Under the pieces are notes generated by a model. It was not told where the DNA came from and did not search any database. It was given only the letters and a program-made list of their open reading frames with translations. From Octopus vulgaris (Eukaryota), in NCBI GenBank assembly GCA_951406725.2, contig OX597814.1:151218001-151282000 (forward strand): a DNA stretch of 64,000 nucleotides. The letters are read 5' to 3'. The translations under genes and the position numbers were made by a program. Each line of letters opens with the position of its first letter. Position 1 is the stretch's first letter. Shown here piece by piece: positions 1 through 12,731 of this stretch.

Positions 1-369
1 GTGGCAAGGGAAAAAATTCATGTAATTCCCATTTATCAAAACTTAGAGATATGCAAACGTTTGATGATGTGTCTGATCTATGGTCGCTATAGTTACAACT
101 GTGAGCGGGTTTCGCTTTTATCAGGTATAACCCATAGCTATATATAGGACAAATCAGACTCACTCATCGTCACTACAACTCTGTTTAATTTTTGTCTAAT
201 TGTAATGTAAAGGTTAACTCCCTTACCCCTATTGGGATTAGTTTCCATACTGCTCGTGGCTTTTTTTTATTTTTCAGTTATAATTTTACTTGATTAATAA
301 GTAATTTCAGGTCAGTACATTAAATATAGTAGCCTACATTTAAGTATATATTTTTTGTGCAGAAGGCAT

Positions 370-1050
370 TGTTGGGAAATTTTCCAGTGATACGATGCAG
401 TACTTAAAAGACAGCTTCGACTAATCTTATACTTCTATGTCAATCCTTCCGTTTAATATAGATGCTATCATTGTCAAAGTTGATGTAAAAATTACCAATA
501 GTTTTCAATTCTTGTGCTCACAGTACCAAACGTTTCGACAACAGCTGGGACCACCTCAACCTCTTCCATTGCACACAAATGTTTTATTTCCTATGCCAGT
601 AATTCTTATCTTTCAGTCTTCTTCAATTCTTTGTCACAAACCACATTGTCAGCTGGACAAGCAACATCTTAAATCAAACTCTATTTATTGACATGGCTAA
701 TCACCACTATATCTGGTTTGCAGTGTTCAATTTCATGTTCACATTATAGCATAAAGTCCCATAAAACCATGGCGGAATCATTTTCTGTGATTCCTTCAGG
801 CTTGTGCACATACCACAGGCTAATACTATATTTTCCACCTAATCCCAATGGACGATTTTCGCTTCGTTGTCATGGCATCACTTGTATTCTTTCTGTCAAA
901 CTTTGGGCACTGGCTGGGGACATGCCATATAGTTTCTCTTTTTTCTCCGCATATCCTACACTTTTCTGTTATACTTGAGCTGTCAATCTTGTGCTTAACA
1001 AAATTTGTCTCCGGGGCTTGCTCCTGTACTATACAAATTAAAGCTTCTGG
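370..1050 (-). mobile_element. Second, more decayed Dong/R4-like 3' fragment
   Basis: Minus-strand translation EALICIVQEQAPETNFVKHKIDSSSITEKCRICGEK parallels the neighbouring copy. Confidence 0.7.
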
Positions 1051-1069
1051 TTATTATTATTATTATTAT

Positions 1070-1122
<53 letters not shown>

Positions 1123-1131
1123 TCATTATTA
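1051..1131. repeat. (TTA)n(TAG)n microsatellite between two Dong-like copies
   Basis: Directly visible. Confidence 0.95.
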
Positions 1132-2762
1132 TTCATATACACTCAACAGATTAGACTGTAGGAAAAGAAAAGAATCCTAACATCGGGCTACAAGAAGTTG
1201 CCTTAGATGTCAAGAACCCTCCTATCGGGTTACAGTAACCTTAGATGCCAAGAACCCTCCTAAGTATCCTAGCTGTCCCTAATAACATTGTTTTCTGCTG
1301 CTGTACTAAACTAGATTTTATGCCTATTTCCTCTATCCATCTGTTCAAATTTTTAGGGATAGTTCCCAATGCACCTATAAATATTGGGATACATTTTACA
1401 CGCACTTTCCATTGTGTCTGTAATTCAATAATTAAGTCCTGGTACTTTGCCATTTTTTCTATACTTCTGATATTAATTTTTTCGTCATTTAGGACTGTAA
1501 AGTCAATTATCTATTCTCTTTATCTACTACTACTACTACTACTACTACAATTGATCAGGCTTTCTAGCTTCTATTACTCTGTCAGTCTGAAAATGAAAGT
1601 CCCACAACATCTTGTACTTCTTACTTTCTAGTACTTTACTAGGTTCATGTTCATACCATTTATCAGTATGTTCAAATCCTAGCTCTGTCAAGACCATACT
1701 TGTTGCAAAGCGTCCAATGAACAATCCTTGCTATATTGTCGTGGCGTCTCTTATATTCCTTCTGGGCTAGTGGCGTACATTGGCTGGTAATATGCCATAC
1801 GGTTTCACCATTTTGTCCACAGATTCTGCACTTACCACTTTTTGATGTGTTGTCTACTCTATATTTTATGTAGTTTGTTCTTAGTGCTTGCTCTTGGGCA
1901 GCACAGCTTAGAGCCTCCGTTTCCGGTTTTAAATTACTTTTAGTCATCCACAACCATCTTTTTTCTCTGTCTATCTTATCTTCAACATCCCTATGAAATT
2001 GACCATGCATTCTTTTCTTTACCCACCTATTTTCAGTTTCATTCGTTTTCAATTTTGGTATAGTGCTTTATTTTTGCAATCTTTCATCCTACACAAGCCT
2101 TTCCTTCTTACTTGCGGTTCTGTAACATTTTTTACATACCATGCTATACTGTTTTTTCTGCTTGGGCTTAATCTTTACCATAAAGTTTGAGGTCATCCAT
2201 GAATAATAAATGGTTGACTTCTTGTTGGCGGCTTTTGAATACATACCCAGCTTTTGCTTTCCTCAGAATCAGTGTCATTGGTATCAAGCACAGTACAAAG
2301 ATCGGTGGGGACAGGCAGTCCCCTTGGAATATGCTCCTCCTAATTTTTACTGTCTCTAAACCTCTTCCGTATGCTGTCAAGTCCGTCCTCCAATTTGCCA
2401 TACTTTTTCCAAGCAATCACTCAACATTCGATACAATTCCCATATAGATTCATACACTCCATAATCCAAGAATGAGGTATCATATCGTACGCCTTACGAT
2501 AGTCGATCCATGACATAGCTAAGTTACTTTTGCTCCTCTTGCAGTCTTTGTGTATCAGGAGTTGTTCCTTGGTACCTCTGCACTTACGCTTGCAACCCTC
2601 CTGCTCATGTGGCAGGACTCGATTTTTTTCTAGATGTTCGTACATTGACTCTGCGAGTATTCCTGTCAATAACTTCCACATAAGTGGCAAACTGGATATC
2701 GGCCTGTAATTGTCTACCGTATTGCCTTTTTCGATGTTTTTCAAGCGCAGCACTGTCCTACC
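1131..2762 (-). mobile_element. Dong/R4-clade non-LTR retrotransposon remnant (RT + CCHC + RLE), frameshifted, internally deleted
   Basis: [67 protein letters not shown]...RHDNIARIVHW, AKYQDL...GTARILRRVL. The 3' end runs into a TAA/TAC microsatellite. Confidence 0.9.
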
Positions 2763-3003
2763 CAATGATTTTGGTGGATAGATCATATTCTACAGGTCTA
2801 TAAATAGATTCGGCAGATGGTGGAGAGGTCAGCCATAGAGACAAAAGGATCTTTGCACCTCTTCGGTTCAGCAGAGGTCAAATGTGTTTACTATCACCAG
2901 TGGCCGCTGACTGCGCTACATTGAAAAGAAGCAATTCAACCTGTTCTAGTCCATCGTTCTTTGGTTGGTTTTGTTATGGTTTCGTTTTTACAGTATTTAC
3001 TTT

Positions 3004-3004
3004 T

Positions 3005-3042
<38 letters not shown>

Positions 3043-3065
3043 TATCATTATTATTATTATTATTA

Positions 3066-3097
<32 letters not shown>

Positions 3098-3098
3098 G
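3004..3098. repeat. (ATC)n/(ATT)n microsatellite
   Basis: Directly visible; explains the poly-I/S/L ORFs. Confidence 0.95.
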
Positions 3099-3620
3099 AA
3101 TGTTACCACTCAGTCTCAAAATGTTTTCTTTACACCGCTCTGACCTTGCCATATAACTATTAAACTATTGTTTTGAAAGAGTTCGTTCCTATTTACTTGG
3201 TGCTATGTATTGCCAATTGGAAATGCTTAGCAACACGTAAATAAAGAACGAACTCTTTCTAAAAGATAGTTTAATACTTATATGACAAGATTATAGAGGA
3301 GTAACAAAATGTGGAATTTCAACAACAATGCCAATAATTGTAATCTTAAGAATTGAAGACGCAGTGATTGTGTTTAAAATATAATCGAAAAGAAATAATT
3401 GAAATGCATTATAGTCTACATGAGATTCGAAAAATGTGTGATATATTCTTTTTTTATCGAAACTGTTTTTGCCTGAAGGTCGCAGTTGCATGAATCTTCA
3501 ATCATAAAACACAATCTCAGTTTCATTTTTAATTAAAGCAAAAAAAAAAACCAGACAAACTGTACCTTCTACAAAATGTATTGAGCACTCTTCTCTCATT
3601 CGTGCGACATAAACAAGCGT

Positions 3621-3622
<2 letters not shown>

Positions 3623-3702
<80 letters not shown>
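3623..3702. repeat. (GT)n microsatellite
   Basis: Directly visible. Confidence 0.95.
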
Positions 3703-3705
<3 letters not shown>

Positions 3706-4839
3706 AGTCTATGTATCTTGAGACAACCACTTTTTTTCGAATTGTGCTGCTCTATAGTGAAGTCAATGAACAGATTAATGTTTACAGAGGATAAAAGTTG
3801 TTTGTTATTGCTTTTGGTTTGCTAGTTTGACTGATTTATTTTGTTGTTTCGTTATCATGTTGGGATTCTTTTAATTGGATTCACTTGTTGTTCAGACTCT
3901 TGCCATCCGGCAGGCATATGATCAAAGATGTTCTAGTCGTTCTTATCCAATCGTTCCGCATATCTACGACTACACTGTCCAATGTGTCCTTCTTTTTAAA
4001 AAAACGTTTCATGGTGTATTTGAAAGCTATTTAGCTGCTATTTCTTGCAGGATAAGCGTCCACGTCGATACTCTGTCTTCAGTTTCCAGGTTAGGTGACG
4101 CTTTTGTTAATGGAATAATGTCCTTGGAATATACCTCGAGTGATTCGGTATTGATACACGATTAGTCACTGCACAAATAACATTGGAATTAGTATGGTGG
4201 CAATAACTCGCCTTTTCTGCCCTCTACTGACTGAGAATTTTTAATTAATTTCTTTGATAAGCAAATCAAATCTGAGTTGATTAGAAACTTTATGAGTCAA
4301 TGATAGATGAAATAGCATTTGTTATACATTGAACATCAGTGACGGATTAGCAGAATCATTAAAACTTCGGCAGGTGAGTGGGGAGAGATCATCGTCATCA
4401 TCCGGTGATACTGCTTGTACGGATTCCCGTGACTCTCCATCGCCACCCAATTCTATTATTTATATTTGAATTGGGAGCTTCACTTATAATGCAGTTACTC
4501 TCTTGATGGAGATTTGTGATCTTGACCAATTGATCTAGGATTTTTCCGCTGAGCACCAATGTAAAAAGTGTCGTTGACTCAGTTGACCTCCGCTGCCTCT
4601 TCCCAATCTGCCAATCTACAGTCCCATGACTTTGCCATATTCTTGGTAGGATAGCTGAACGGATGCCATGCCTTGCCAAAGAACAGCCCGTAACTACGTA
4701 AGGCACAGTAGTCATTCCGTGGGGTATTTTCAAAATGCCTTCATACCCAAGGGGAAGAGATGTCCTTACAATCTGAGCTAAAATCTCACTGAGGACGACT
4801 TTGCCTTTCATTCCTATAGTCTTGAATCTAGTCTAAGTT

Positions 4840-5310
4840 GACTGGAAAGTTACCAAAGATGAATAAAATTAAGAAATCCAGGAATAGATTTGTTGACCGA
4901 CAACAGTATTATAGAAGGCTTTGCTACAAAATTATTGGCACAATAGTTGACCAACTAAAAGCAAGATGTTCCTCCTTAGAAGAGCTTAAATTCATGGAAG
5001 CTTTTATGACAATTCGTTTTCAGAGTGAACTAAATGTTATATATTCAATGGAAGATTTTAAAAAATAAAGTGTATGTAATTTAATGCATTATATTTACAT
5101 CAATGACCTTATCAAAGCTATGCCACAACTCTTCAATCTCTGCAATTTGATTTTGACATTTCCTTCCACTACTGCCTTTGTATTGAAGAGAATTAAAACT
5201 TACTAAAGAACTACAACCGGGGAAAAGATGCTTTCAGGTTTAGCTCTTATGTAAATTGAAAAAACATTTACTCCAACAACAATTAAAGCAGGTTTTGATG
5301 AGAATTTAAT
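4840..5310 (+). mobile_element. hAT transposase C-terminal (dimerisation domain) remnant
   Basis: YYRRLCYKIIGTIVDQLKARCSSL, then LFNLCNLILTFPSTTA..LKRIKTY*RTTTGEKMLSGLALM*IEK, with stops. Confidence 0.7.
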
Positions 5311-5314
5311 AAAT

Positions 5315-5383
5315 ATAGAGTGGTTGTATACTGTCAACTTAATGTGACTGTCGCGTTAAGTTGACAGTATACAACCACTCTAT
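5315..5383. repeat. Perfect 28-bp-arm palindrome
   Basis: ATAGAGTGGTTGTATACTGTCAACTTAA-TGTGACTGTCGCG-TTAAGTTGACAGTATACAACCACTCTAT. Confidence 0.95.
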
Positions 5384-6200
5384 CGCTCCACCACCGCACA
5401 TATCTCTATGAGATATTTAGAAATTTAATATTAATAAATATATTTGTCCTGAAAGATCGAATAAATTAATAAATTTATAAATGAAGTAATTAATTATTTT
5501 CAGTACCTTGTTTTAAAATTTTATATGTATTAAACAGAGATCCCCATGACCACCTTATGAAACTGAATGGTTTCTCTTAAATGAAATATTTTCAAAAATG
5601 ATTCAGCTCAATCGATAAGTATTTATTGTACGACCAACTTCAAAAGTCACCACACAACACTCGTAGTATTTCGACGAGCGATCATGAAGCAATAATGCTG
5701 GAAAAGCCATATACACCTTCACCAACCATATCTGATACTTTGGTCAGATGAGATGCCAAAAGAGTGGTTTGAGGTTAATGCCGCAGCTCCTCCAAAAATT
5801 TCAAATGTCACTGGTTGAAAACGTAATTTTCTTGCAACGACTCTTCGAATTTGCTTTCAATTGCCTTTTTTTTTTTGATATTTGTATTGCATTACACACT
5901 GAAATCTTTTACATAGCTGTGCAGAGCCTGAGACGTTCTAATGGAAGTACAACACCTGAAAGGAAATAATTAAACTGGAATATATATATTGATGGTTGCT
6001 TATGTCATCATCATTCAATAGGTATTAGCCCAGTAATCATGTGGATAGAGCTAGTAACAGTTGAATAAACCTCCAGTAGCAATTCTTGATATGCGTTGAT
6101 GATTGTAGAACAACAATCAACTCATGAATTGCTATTGAAACAGCCATCAAGAATAAACTTCCGATAGGAGTTCCTGAGACGCGTTTATGATTGTACCATA

Positions 6201-6241
<41 letters not shown>

Positions 6242-6443
6242 GTAAAATATGAAAAATCAACGAAAATGCATATTGCAAATAGAAAAAGGCTGTTTATGAC
6301 AGGTAGTGACAAATACATACATTTAGATTGACCGTAGTAGTAATACGAGTCATAAAGTCCATTATTATGAGATAATTATAAGATGATAATAAAGTAAGAG
6401 AATAAAACGAACCAGTGGTTTACGCCGCGAAGGCTATTCATCG

Positions 6444-6486
<43 letters not shown>

Positions 6487-6878
6487 AAGGCTTCATTTCC
6501 ACACACGCCAGCTTAATCCAATTCGTCCTTAGTCGAAAGACACCTATTGTTATGTTATGTCCAGTTATTATTTTTATTGTATTTATATTTGTGTAATATT
6601 GTCCGTTTTTTCCGTCCTTGTTTTTGTATACATTCGCTGCTTTCTTCCAAAGAATATAATGCTCTTAGCTTAGTTTTTCCTTGGGGCTGGCCAGATTGGA
6701 GCAATCTCAAGAATAATCAGCTGAAATTGCGAGGATAATCTGGTTCTTGACTGAAGACAGAAAACTTCGAATGGCACGTCCTTGTTTCCTATGTATCGTC
6801 TTTCTGGATGTTTTGTTGTCCCCTTTTTGTATCACCTAGTTGTCCGGATGTTTTGCGTTCTTGTCCTATTTTGTATTA

Positions 6879-6939
<61 letters not shown>

Positions 6940-6975
6940 GTTAGAATTATTCAGTAGCCATGATAAAACTTAACT

Positions 6976-7019
6976 TATAATGCAGTTACTCCCTTGATAG
7001 AGGGAGTAACTGCATTATA
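6976..7019. repeat. Perfect 19-bp-arm palindrome
   Basis: TATAATGCAGTTACTCCCT-TGATAG-AGGGAGTAACTGCATTATA. Confidence 0.92.
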
Positions 7020-7049
7020 TGTCTCAAATATCAGAACTTACTGCATCGG

Positions 7050-7550
7050 CTATCAACTTTCATATTGACATCTTGTGTGTACAGGAACACCGTTTCTTCC
7101 ATGATGATCACGATTTAAAGCATCATGAACTCGATAACAACTGAACTTTTGTGTCTGTATCTGCATGGAAAAAATTCTATTAATAGCACCATCAGTGGTG
7201 TAGGATTGTTTCTCAGTCTGTATGCCCTGAAATCACTAAACAACATTGAAAAAATAACATCTAGAATAATAGTTGCCAGTTTCAAGGGTAACCCTTCTAC
7301 TACTGTCATTTGCTGATACAGCTCAACAGATGTCAACGATGGACAAGAGGTCATAAATTTTTACAGTGATTTATCGTCCTCATCATTGGCGAAGATATAA
7401 ATGCACAATTAGGCCATGACAGTCCTCATCATCAATACTCGTTCCATCAAACTTCGACCGAAATGGAGAACACTAAGAGCACTTTTTGATAGAAAACAAA
7501 CCAATGCATGAACACTTATTTTCAGACGAGACCGTCAAATTTGGGCAAAA
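7050..7550 (+). mobile_element. LINE apurinic endonuclease (APE) remnant
   Basis: SAWKNSINSTISGVGLFLS...IEKITSRIIVASFKGNPSTTVIC*YSST...FYSDL..GEDINAQLG. Confidence 0.7.
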
Positions 7551-7564
7551 TCCGTTGAAATTGG

Positions 7565-7576
7565 TTATATTATATA

Positions 7577-7654
<78 letters not shown>

Positions 7655-7702
7655 ACATAATATAATATAATATAATATAATATAATATAATATAAATATA
7701 TA
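7565..7702. repeat. (TA)n and (ATAAT)n microsatellites
   Basis: Directly visible. Confidence 0.95.
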
Positions 7703-8049
7703 TGGGCAACAGACACGAACACACATATACGTACGTACACCTATTGCATGTTTTGTGCATGCATAGATGTTCATAAACAGAAATGAATGGGAAAATGTTG
7801 TTAAATTTGTAGATTAACACTCGCACGATTTTCACTAGGAAAAATAATCGTTTTTTTTTTTTACGTGGAATCAACTACTCTGGCCTCCTAATATGCTACA
7901 AAACCCTTTTGTGGTCCGTGAAACGGAGTGCGTGTGGTGGAAGCCTCGGAAATTGTACCCATTTATATTGTGCAATTCACTGACAAATTGCTACTCACCT
8001 CTTTGTTTCTTTGTTGTTAAATAAATGGATTGTCAACAAAACACTTTTT

Positions 8050-8741
8050 TACTCGGCGTAAAATAAAAACAAAACTCTTTCGCACCCAAAGTAATGTGTG
8101 TGAGAGTGAGGGGGAGAGAAAGATGAACGATTTAAAATAAATAAATGATTTAAAATAAATATATTGTAATTGTTGTGTGAGAAAGTATATATGCTATGAT
8201 AATAAAATATAGTGTCTTTCAAAAACATCCTGAATTTGAACACTATATCTCGTGTTTAAGAAAAGACAAAACATTTTACATTTTATATTTTATGAACGTC
8301 GTCACTTACTCTCTCTCTCCCTCTCTCACTTTGTCTTTCCCGTGAAACTCTCTGCTTCTCTTCCACTTTTCTTTATCTTGTGTTTTTTTTTAGACGCCGT
8401 CAGAAAGCTATGGCTGAAAATAGATTTTTATGAACGTCGTCACTTACTTTCTCTCCCTCTCTCACTTTGTCTTTCCCGTGAAACTCTCTGCTTCTCTTCT
8501 TCCACTTTTCTTTATCTTGTTTGTTTGTTTTTTTGTTAGACGCCGTCAAAAAGCTATGGCTGAAAATAGATTTTTGCCGCTAAAAGTTACGGCTGAAAAT
8601 AGATTTTTACCGCTATCCCCGGGTGCCTCGGGAAAAAAATAAGTTGACAAAACCCAGATAGGATGTTGACGAATGTCCTAAAATTTGAGCGACACGCGTG
8701 CTAATTTGTGGATCTGCATAAACTACAATCACGTACACACA

Positions 8742-8773
<32 letters not shown>

Positions 8774-8775
8774 TC
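8050..8775. mobile_element. Non-autonomous Helentron/DINE-like element with an internal ~140-bp tandem duplication
   Basis: 8285-8428 is repeated at about 8425-8576; (CA)n near the end. The family call is by general architecture only. Confidence 0.45.
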
Positions 8776-10015
8776 TTGCTGTATATATATACAGATATAT
8801 ATAAATATATATGTATTCCCAACCACATGGTTCTAGGTTCAGTACTATTGCGTGACACCTTGGGCAAGTGTCTTCTGCTATAGATTCGGGCCGACCAAAG
8901 ACTTGTGAGTATATCAGGTTGACGTAAACCGTAAGAAGCCCGTCTTATATATGTATATATATAATTATAGTCTATTCTGTTAAAAACATAGTAGAATACA
9001 GTATAAAGCTCACTCGTTCACTTTCACATTTAAACTGTGCTTTCCAGTAGTAGTATTATATGTATTTCCAGGTTTGCGTTTGGGCATCTGTCGTGTGTGA
9101 ATAGATAATCGAAAACATTGGAATCAACAAGAAGGGTACGGTTGGACATTTATTTTTTAATCACTACAATTGTTTGCACGCAACGTAGTTCTCCAGATGT
9201 GCAGGTACTTGATTAAGAAACTATTTCCCTGCATTATGAGGTCTAGTTGTGTTTCCTCAGGTGATATGTAAATATTGTCTCTGTAAATTTAAAATCCTCG
9301 GCTTCAAGAACATTCTATCTCTCTGTCGTGGCCTTAATTTAGTAGTAGTCACAAAGCCTATCAGGGTATGTTGTTGGTGAAGGGCCGTTGGCAAACTGCT
9401 TTGAATGCGTAAACGTAGTGGGATGGTGATTCTAGTACTCTTAAAGTGGTTGCCGTTTTAAAGAGATTGATATTTTATTTCTTTGTACTGTTGATTTGTT
9501 CTTCATGGTTGGTTACACATGATTCTCCTTGAATATTGAATGAATACATTCACCAATTTCATCCACACTGATTCCATACATATAAGAGTTGCCAATTGGA
9601 ATTGCTGAAAAATAAAGAACCTTATTAGCTTATGACTGAATCCAAAATTTAAAACAAAATGTACAGAATTGTAATTTAAAAACCAAAAGGAAAAATATAA
9701 ACAGGTGTTACACACTAGATATTTATTACCAAGTAACAAAGTTAATACCCAGAGCATTGCTGTCTCAAGCCCTAGGGCACATGAGGTTAGTTTCCTGGCC
9801 CAAAGTTCTAAGTTAGTGTCATTAATATTCTTGTTTTAAGAACTATAAATTTCAGATTAAAGTAAAATTGTTTTTTATTATAACTGATCATGAAAACAAA
9901 CACTGGCCATGCTGGAGCACCATTTTAAAGAATTTTTAATCCAATGAATCGATCCAGTACTTTGTTTTTTAAAAGCCTTGTACATATTCAATCAGTCTCT
10001 TTTGTTGCATTGCTA

Positions 10016-12035
10016 TGAGGTGGTATCAAAAAGTTACTGGACTAGTTCTATAGCATGCCAACAGGTGGCAGCACATGGTTGCGTGCGCAGCGAGAGCTAG
10101 TAGTGTACTGAGTGACATCACTGTGTTTACTTTGCAAGTTGTGAAACTTGTGTTTTTGTGATCACGTGTATACTGTAGTCTGCGATTTTGTCATGGATAG
10201 GAAGTTGGAACAAAGAGCCAACATGAAATTTGGCATTAAATTGGCAAAGTCTGTTTAAAATACATTGAGCATGCTTTGGCAAGGTTATGGTAATGAGCTG
10301 TATGGGCACTTTAAAAGTAGAAGTATGTCCCTGGGAGACGATGAGTGAGCTGGAAGACCTGCCACTAGCACCACCCATTGAAATGTGGAGAACATTTAAC
10401 AGTTTGTGCATTAGGATTGTTGGAGGATGATCAACAACATTGCTGGTGTTGGTCTGAATTAAACATGTCATGAGTCTCTATCAAGTTTGTTGCCCTCTTG
10501 CTGACTACTGAGCAGAAAGAACATTGTGTCGAAGTCTGTCAAGATTGCTGTCAGTGTGCTGCTGATGAACAAGCCTTCATGTCAAGGGTCATCACAGGTG
10601 ATGAGAGTCCGGCCCTGAGATGGAGCAGCAGTAGTCATAATGGAAGAGCCCTCCATCTCCACAACTGAAGAAGGCACAACAGAACTGCAGCTCAATCAGG
10701 AGCCTGCTCTTCGCTTTTTTTTTTGGAGTAGGAGTGGCTGTGTGGTAAGTAGCTTGCTAACGAACCACATGGTTCCAGGTTCAGTCCCACTGCATGGCAC
10801 CTTGGGCAAATGTCTTCTACTATAACCTCGGGCCGACCAAAGCCTTGTGAGTGGTTTTGGTAGACGGAAAACCGAAAGTAGCCCATCGTATATATGTATG
10901 TGTGTGTCTGTGTTTGTTCCCCCGCACCAACATCGCTTGTCAACTGATGCTGGTGTGTTTACATTCCCGTAACTTAGTGGTTCGGCAAAAGAGACTGATA
11001 GAATAAGTACTAGGCTTACAAAGAATAAATCCTGGGGTTGATTTGCTTGACTAAAAGGCAGTGCTCCAGCATGGCCACAGTCAAATGAGTGAAACAAATA
11101 ACAGAGTAAAGAGAGTATCCATGGTAGTGTGCATTGAGAATTCGTCTCCCAGGGCCAGACTGTCAATTGAGACTTCCACTGCAACATTTTGAAGTGTTTG
11201 AAGGAGGACATTTGGTGACAATGCACCTTGCTAATAACCTCTTCTCATTTGTTTCTCATAATTTTGCAATTCTTTAAATAAATCAACTTTACGCAACTGT
11301 GCAACTCTGTTTCCATGTGTGTCTATCTTATATCTTTATCAATCTATCTATCTAAACTAGCAACATGACCATACCCAAAATACAACAATATCTTTATCTG
11401 TTTATCTTCTCTATCTTCCATTCTGTTAGTGTTGTGATATCAAGCTTGCTTCATCATATAGAACAAATTTATTAGACAAATGTTTTAAGTATGCACATGT
11501 ATACATAAGTCTCTATGAATCTGTTTTCTCTTGTAACACAAACACACATAAGCAAACAATATGTTCTGTTGATGTATAAGCATGCTTTCATTTGTATGTA
11601 AAAGCAGGTAAGAGCTATGTGCGTCTTATAAATTATTCGAATGTATGTTATGTCTATGCCACCTGCACACTGAGTCAAATTTAAGGATAATTCTACCCAA
11701 TACACTTTTACTGCATTTCTTGCTTAAAACAACATGGTATTGCTTCTGCACCAACCCTATTTGCCAGATTTAGCACCTGAGGACTTCCATTACTTCCCCA
11801 AGAGGAAAATACAGCTCAAAGGTCATGGTTTTAACATCATTAATGTGATCAAAAGCGAATCACAGAAGGTTCTTGACATGGAAAATGACTTCCAGGCCAG
11901 ATTCCAAAAATGGCAAGGCTAGGACAGGTGTATTGTGTAAGGTGACTATTTTGAAGGAGATTAGGTTAAAACTTAGGTAAATAAGTTATTTTTTATTAAA
12001 CATAACTAGTCTGGGAATTTTTTGATAATACCTCA
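10016..12035 (+). mobile_element. Mariner-like transposon remnant with nested SINE
   Basis: TA-flanked imperfect TIRs TGAGGTGGTATCAAAAAGTTACTGGACTAG / CTAGTCTGGGAATTTTTTGATAATACCTCA. Peptides MDRKLEQRANMKF, RVITGDES, HQPYLPDLAPEDFHYFPK. Confidence 0.85.
10725..11115 (+). mobile_element. tRNA-derived SINE, abundant family (other long copies 18779-19190, 27530-27903, 61481-61815; many fragments)
   Basis: Shared head GGAGTGGCTGTGTGGTAAGTAGCTTGCT...GGTTCAGTCCCACTG...CTTGGGCAAGTGTCTTCT, internal (TA/TG)n and common tail. Confidence 0.85.
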
Positions 12036-12668
12036 TAAGTTATGTGGACATAAACACACCAACGCTGGTTGTCAAGTGATGGTGTGGGACAAACACAGAT
12101 GCAAAGACACACATACAGAGGTAGACCCAGGAAAACAAGGTAGTGAAGCATGATCTTTGAATGTTGGGCCTCATGAGGCGATGACAAGTGACTATGACTT
12201 GTGCTTGGAAAGTCTCGTCAAGCCAAGTGAAATTGTAGTTGTGGACATTGGCTGTATCATGCAAATGGCACTTGTGAAATTGAAATCATGACCACTATTA
12301 GAAGCATGATCTTCAAATGGTGAGAGTCACGGAGGCGATGACAAGAGATTGAGACTGCAATATGCTATGCTGAGAAGACTCATTAAGCCAAATGAAATCA
12401 TAATTGTGGCCACTGCCGGTTAAGCCAAATGAAATTGTAGTCATGGCTGTTGCAGGTGTCATGTAAATAGCACCTGTACTGGTGGCACATAAAAAGCACC
12501 CATTACACTCTTGGAGTGGATGGTATTAGGAAGGGCATCCAGCCATAGAAACCAAACCAAATCAGACTAGAACCTGGTGTGGCTTTCTGGCTTACCAGTT
12601 CCAGTCAAACTATTTAACCCATGCCAGCATAGAAAGTGGATGTTAAATAATGATGATGAATGTATGTA

Positions 12669-12716
<48 letters not shown>

Positions 12717-12731
12717 TATATATATATATAT

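Noticed and set aside
2882-3825. Poly-I, poly-S/L and CVCV ORFs (and similar YIYI ORFs elsewhere)
   Set aside because: Translations of microsatellites.
6405-6790. Hammerhead-like fragments (ACGATGA...GTAAAC; CTGAAGA...CGAA) in TA-flanked repeats
   Set aside because: Cores too degenerate to call; probably decayed PLE ends.
9060-9529. Possible Penelope endonuclease remnant at the left duplication breakpoint
   Set aside because: Only faint peptide similarity (PFLLIPMF); too decayed to support a call.
10692-11226. Recurrent ORFs such as LPNPLTRLWSARGYSRRHLPKVP and EDTCPRCHAVGLN
   Set aside because: Antisense translations of the abundant SINE, not a protein family.
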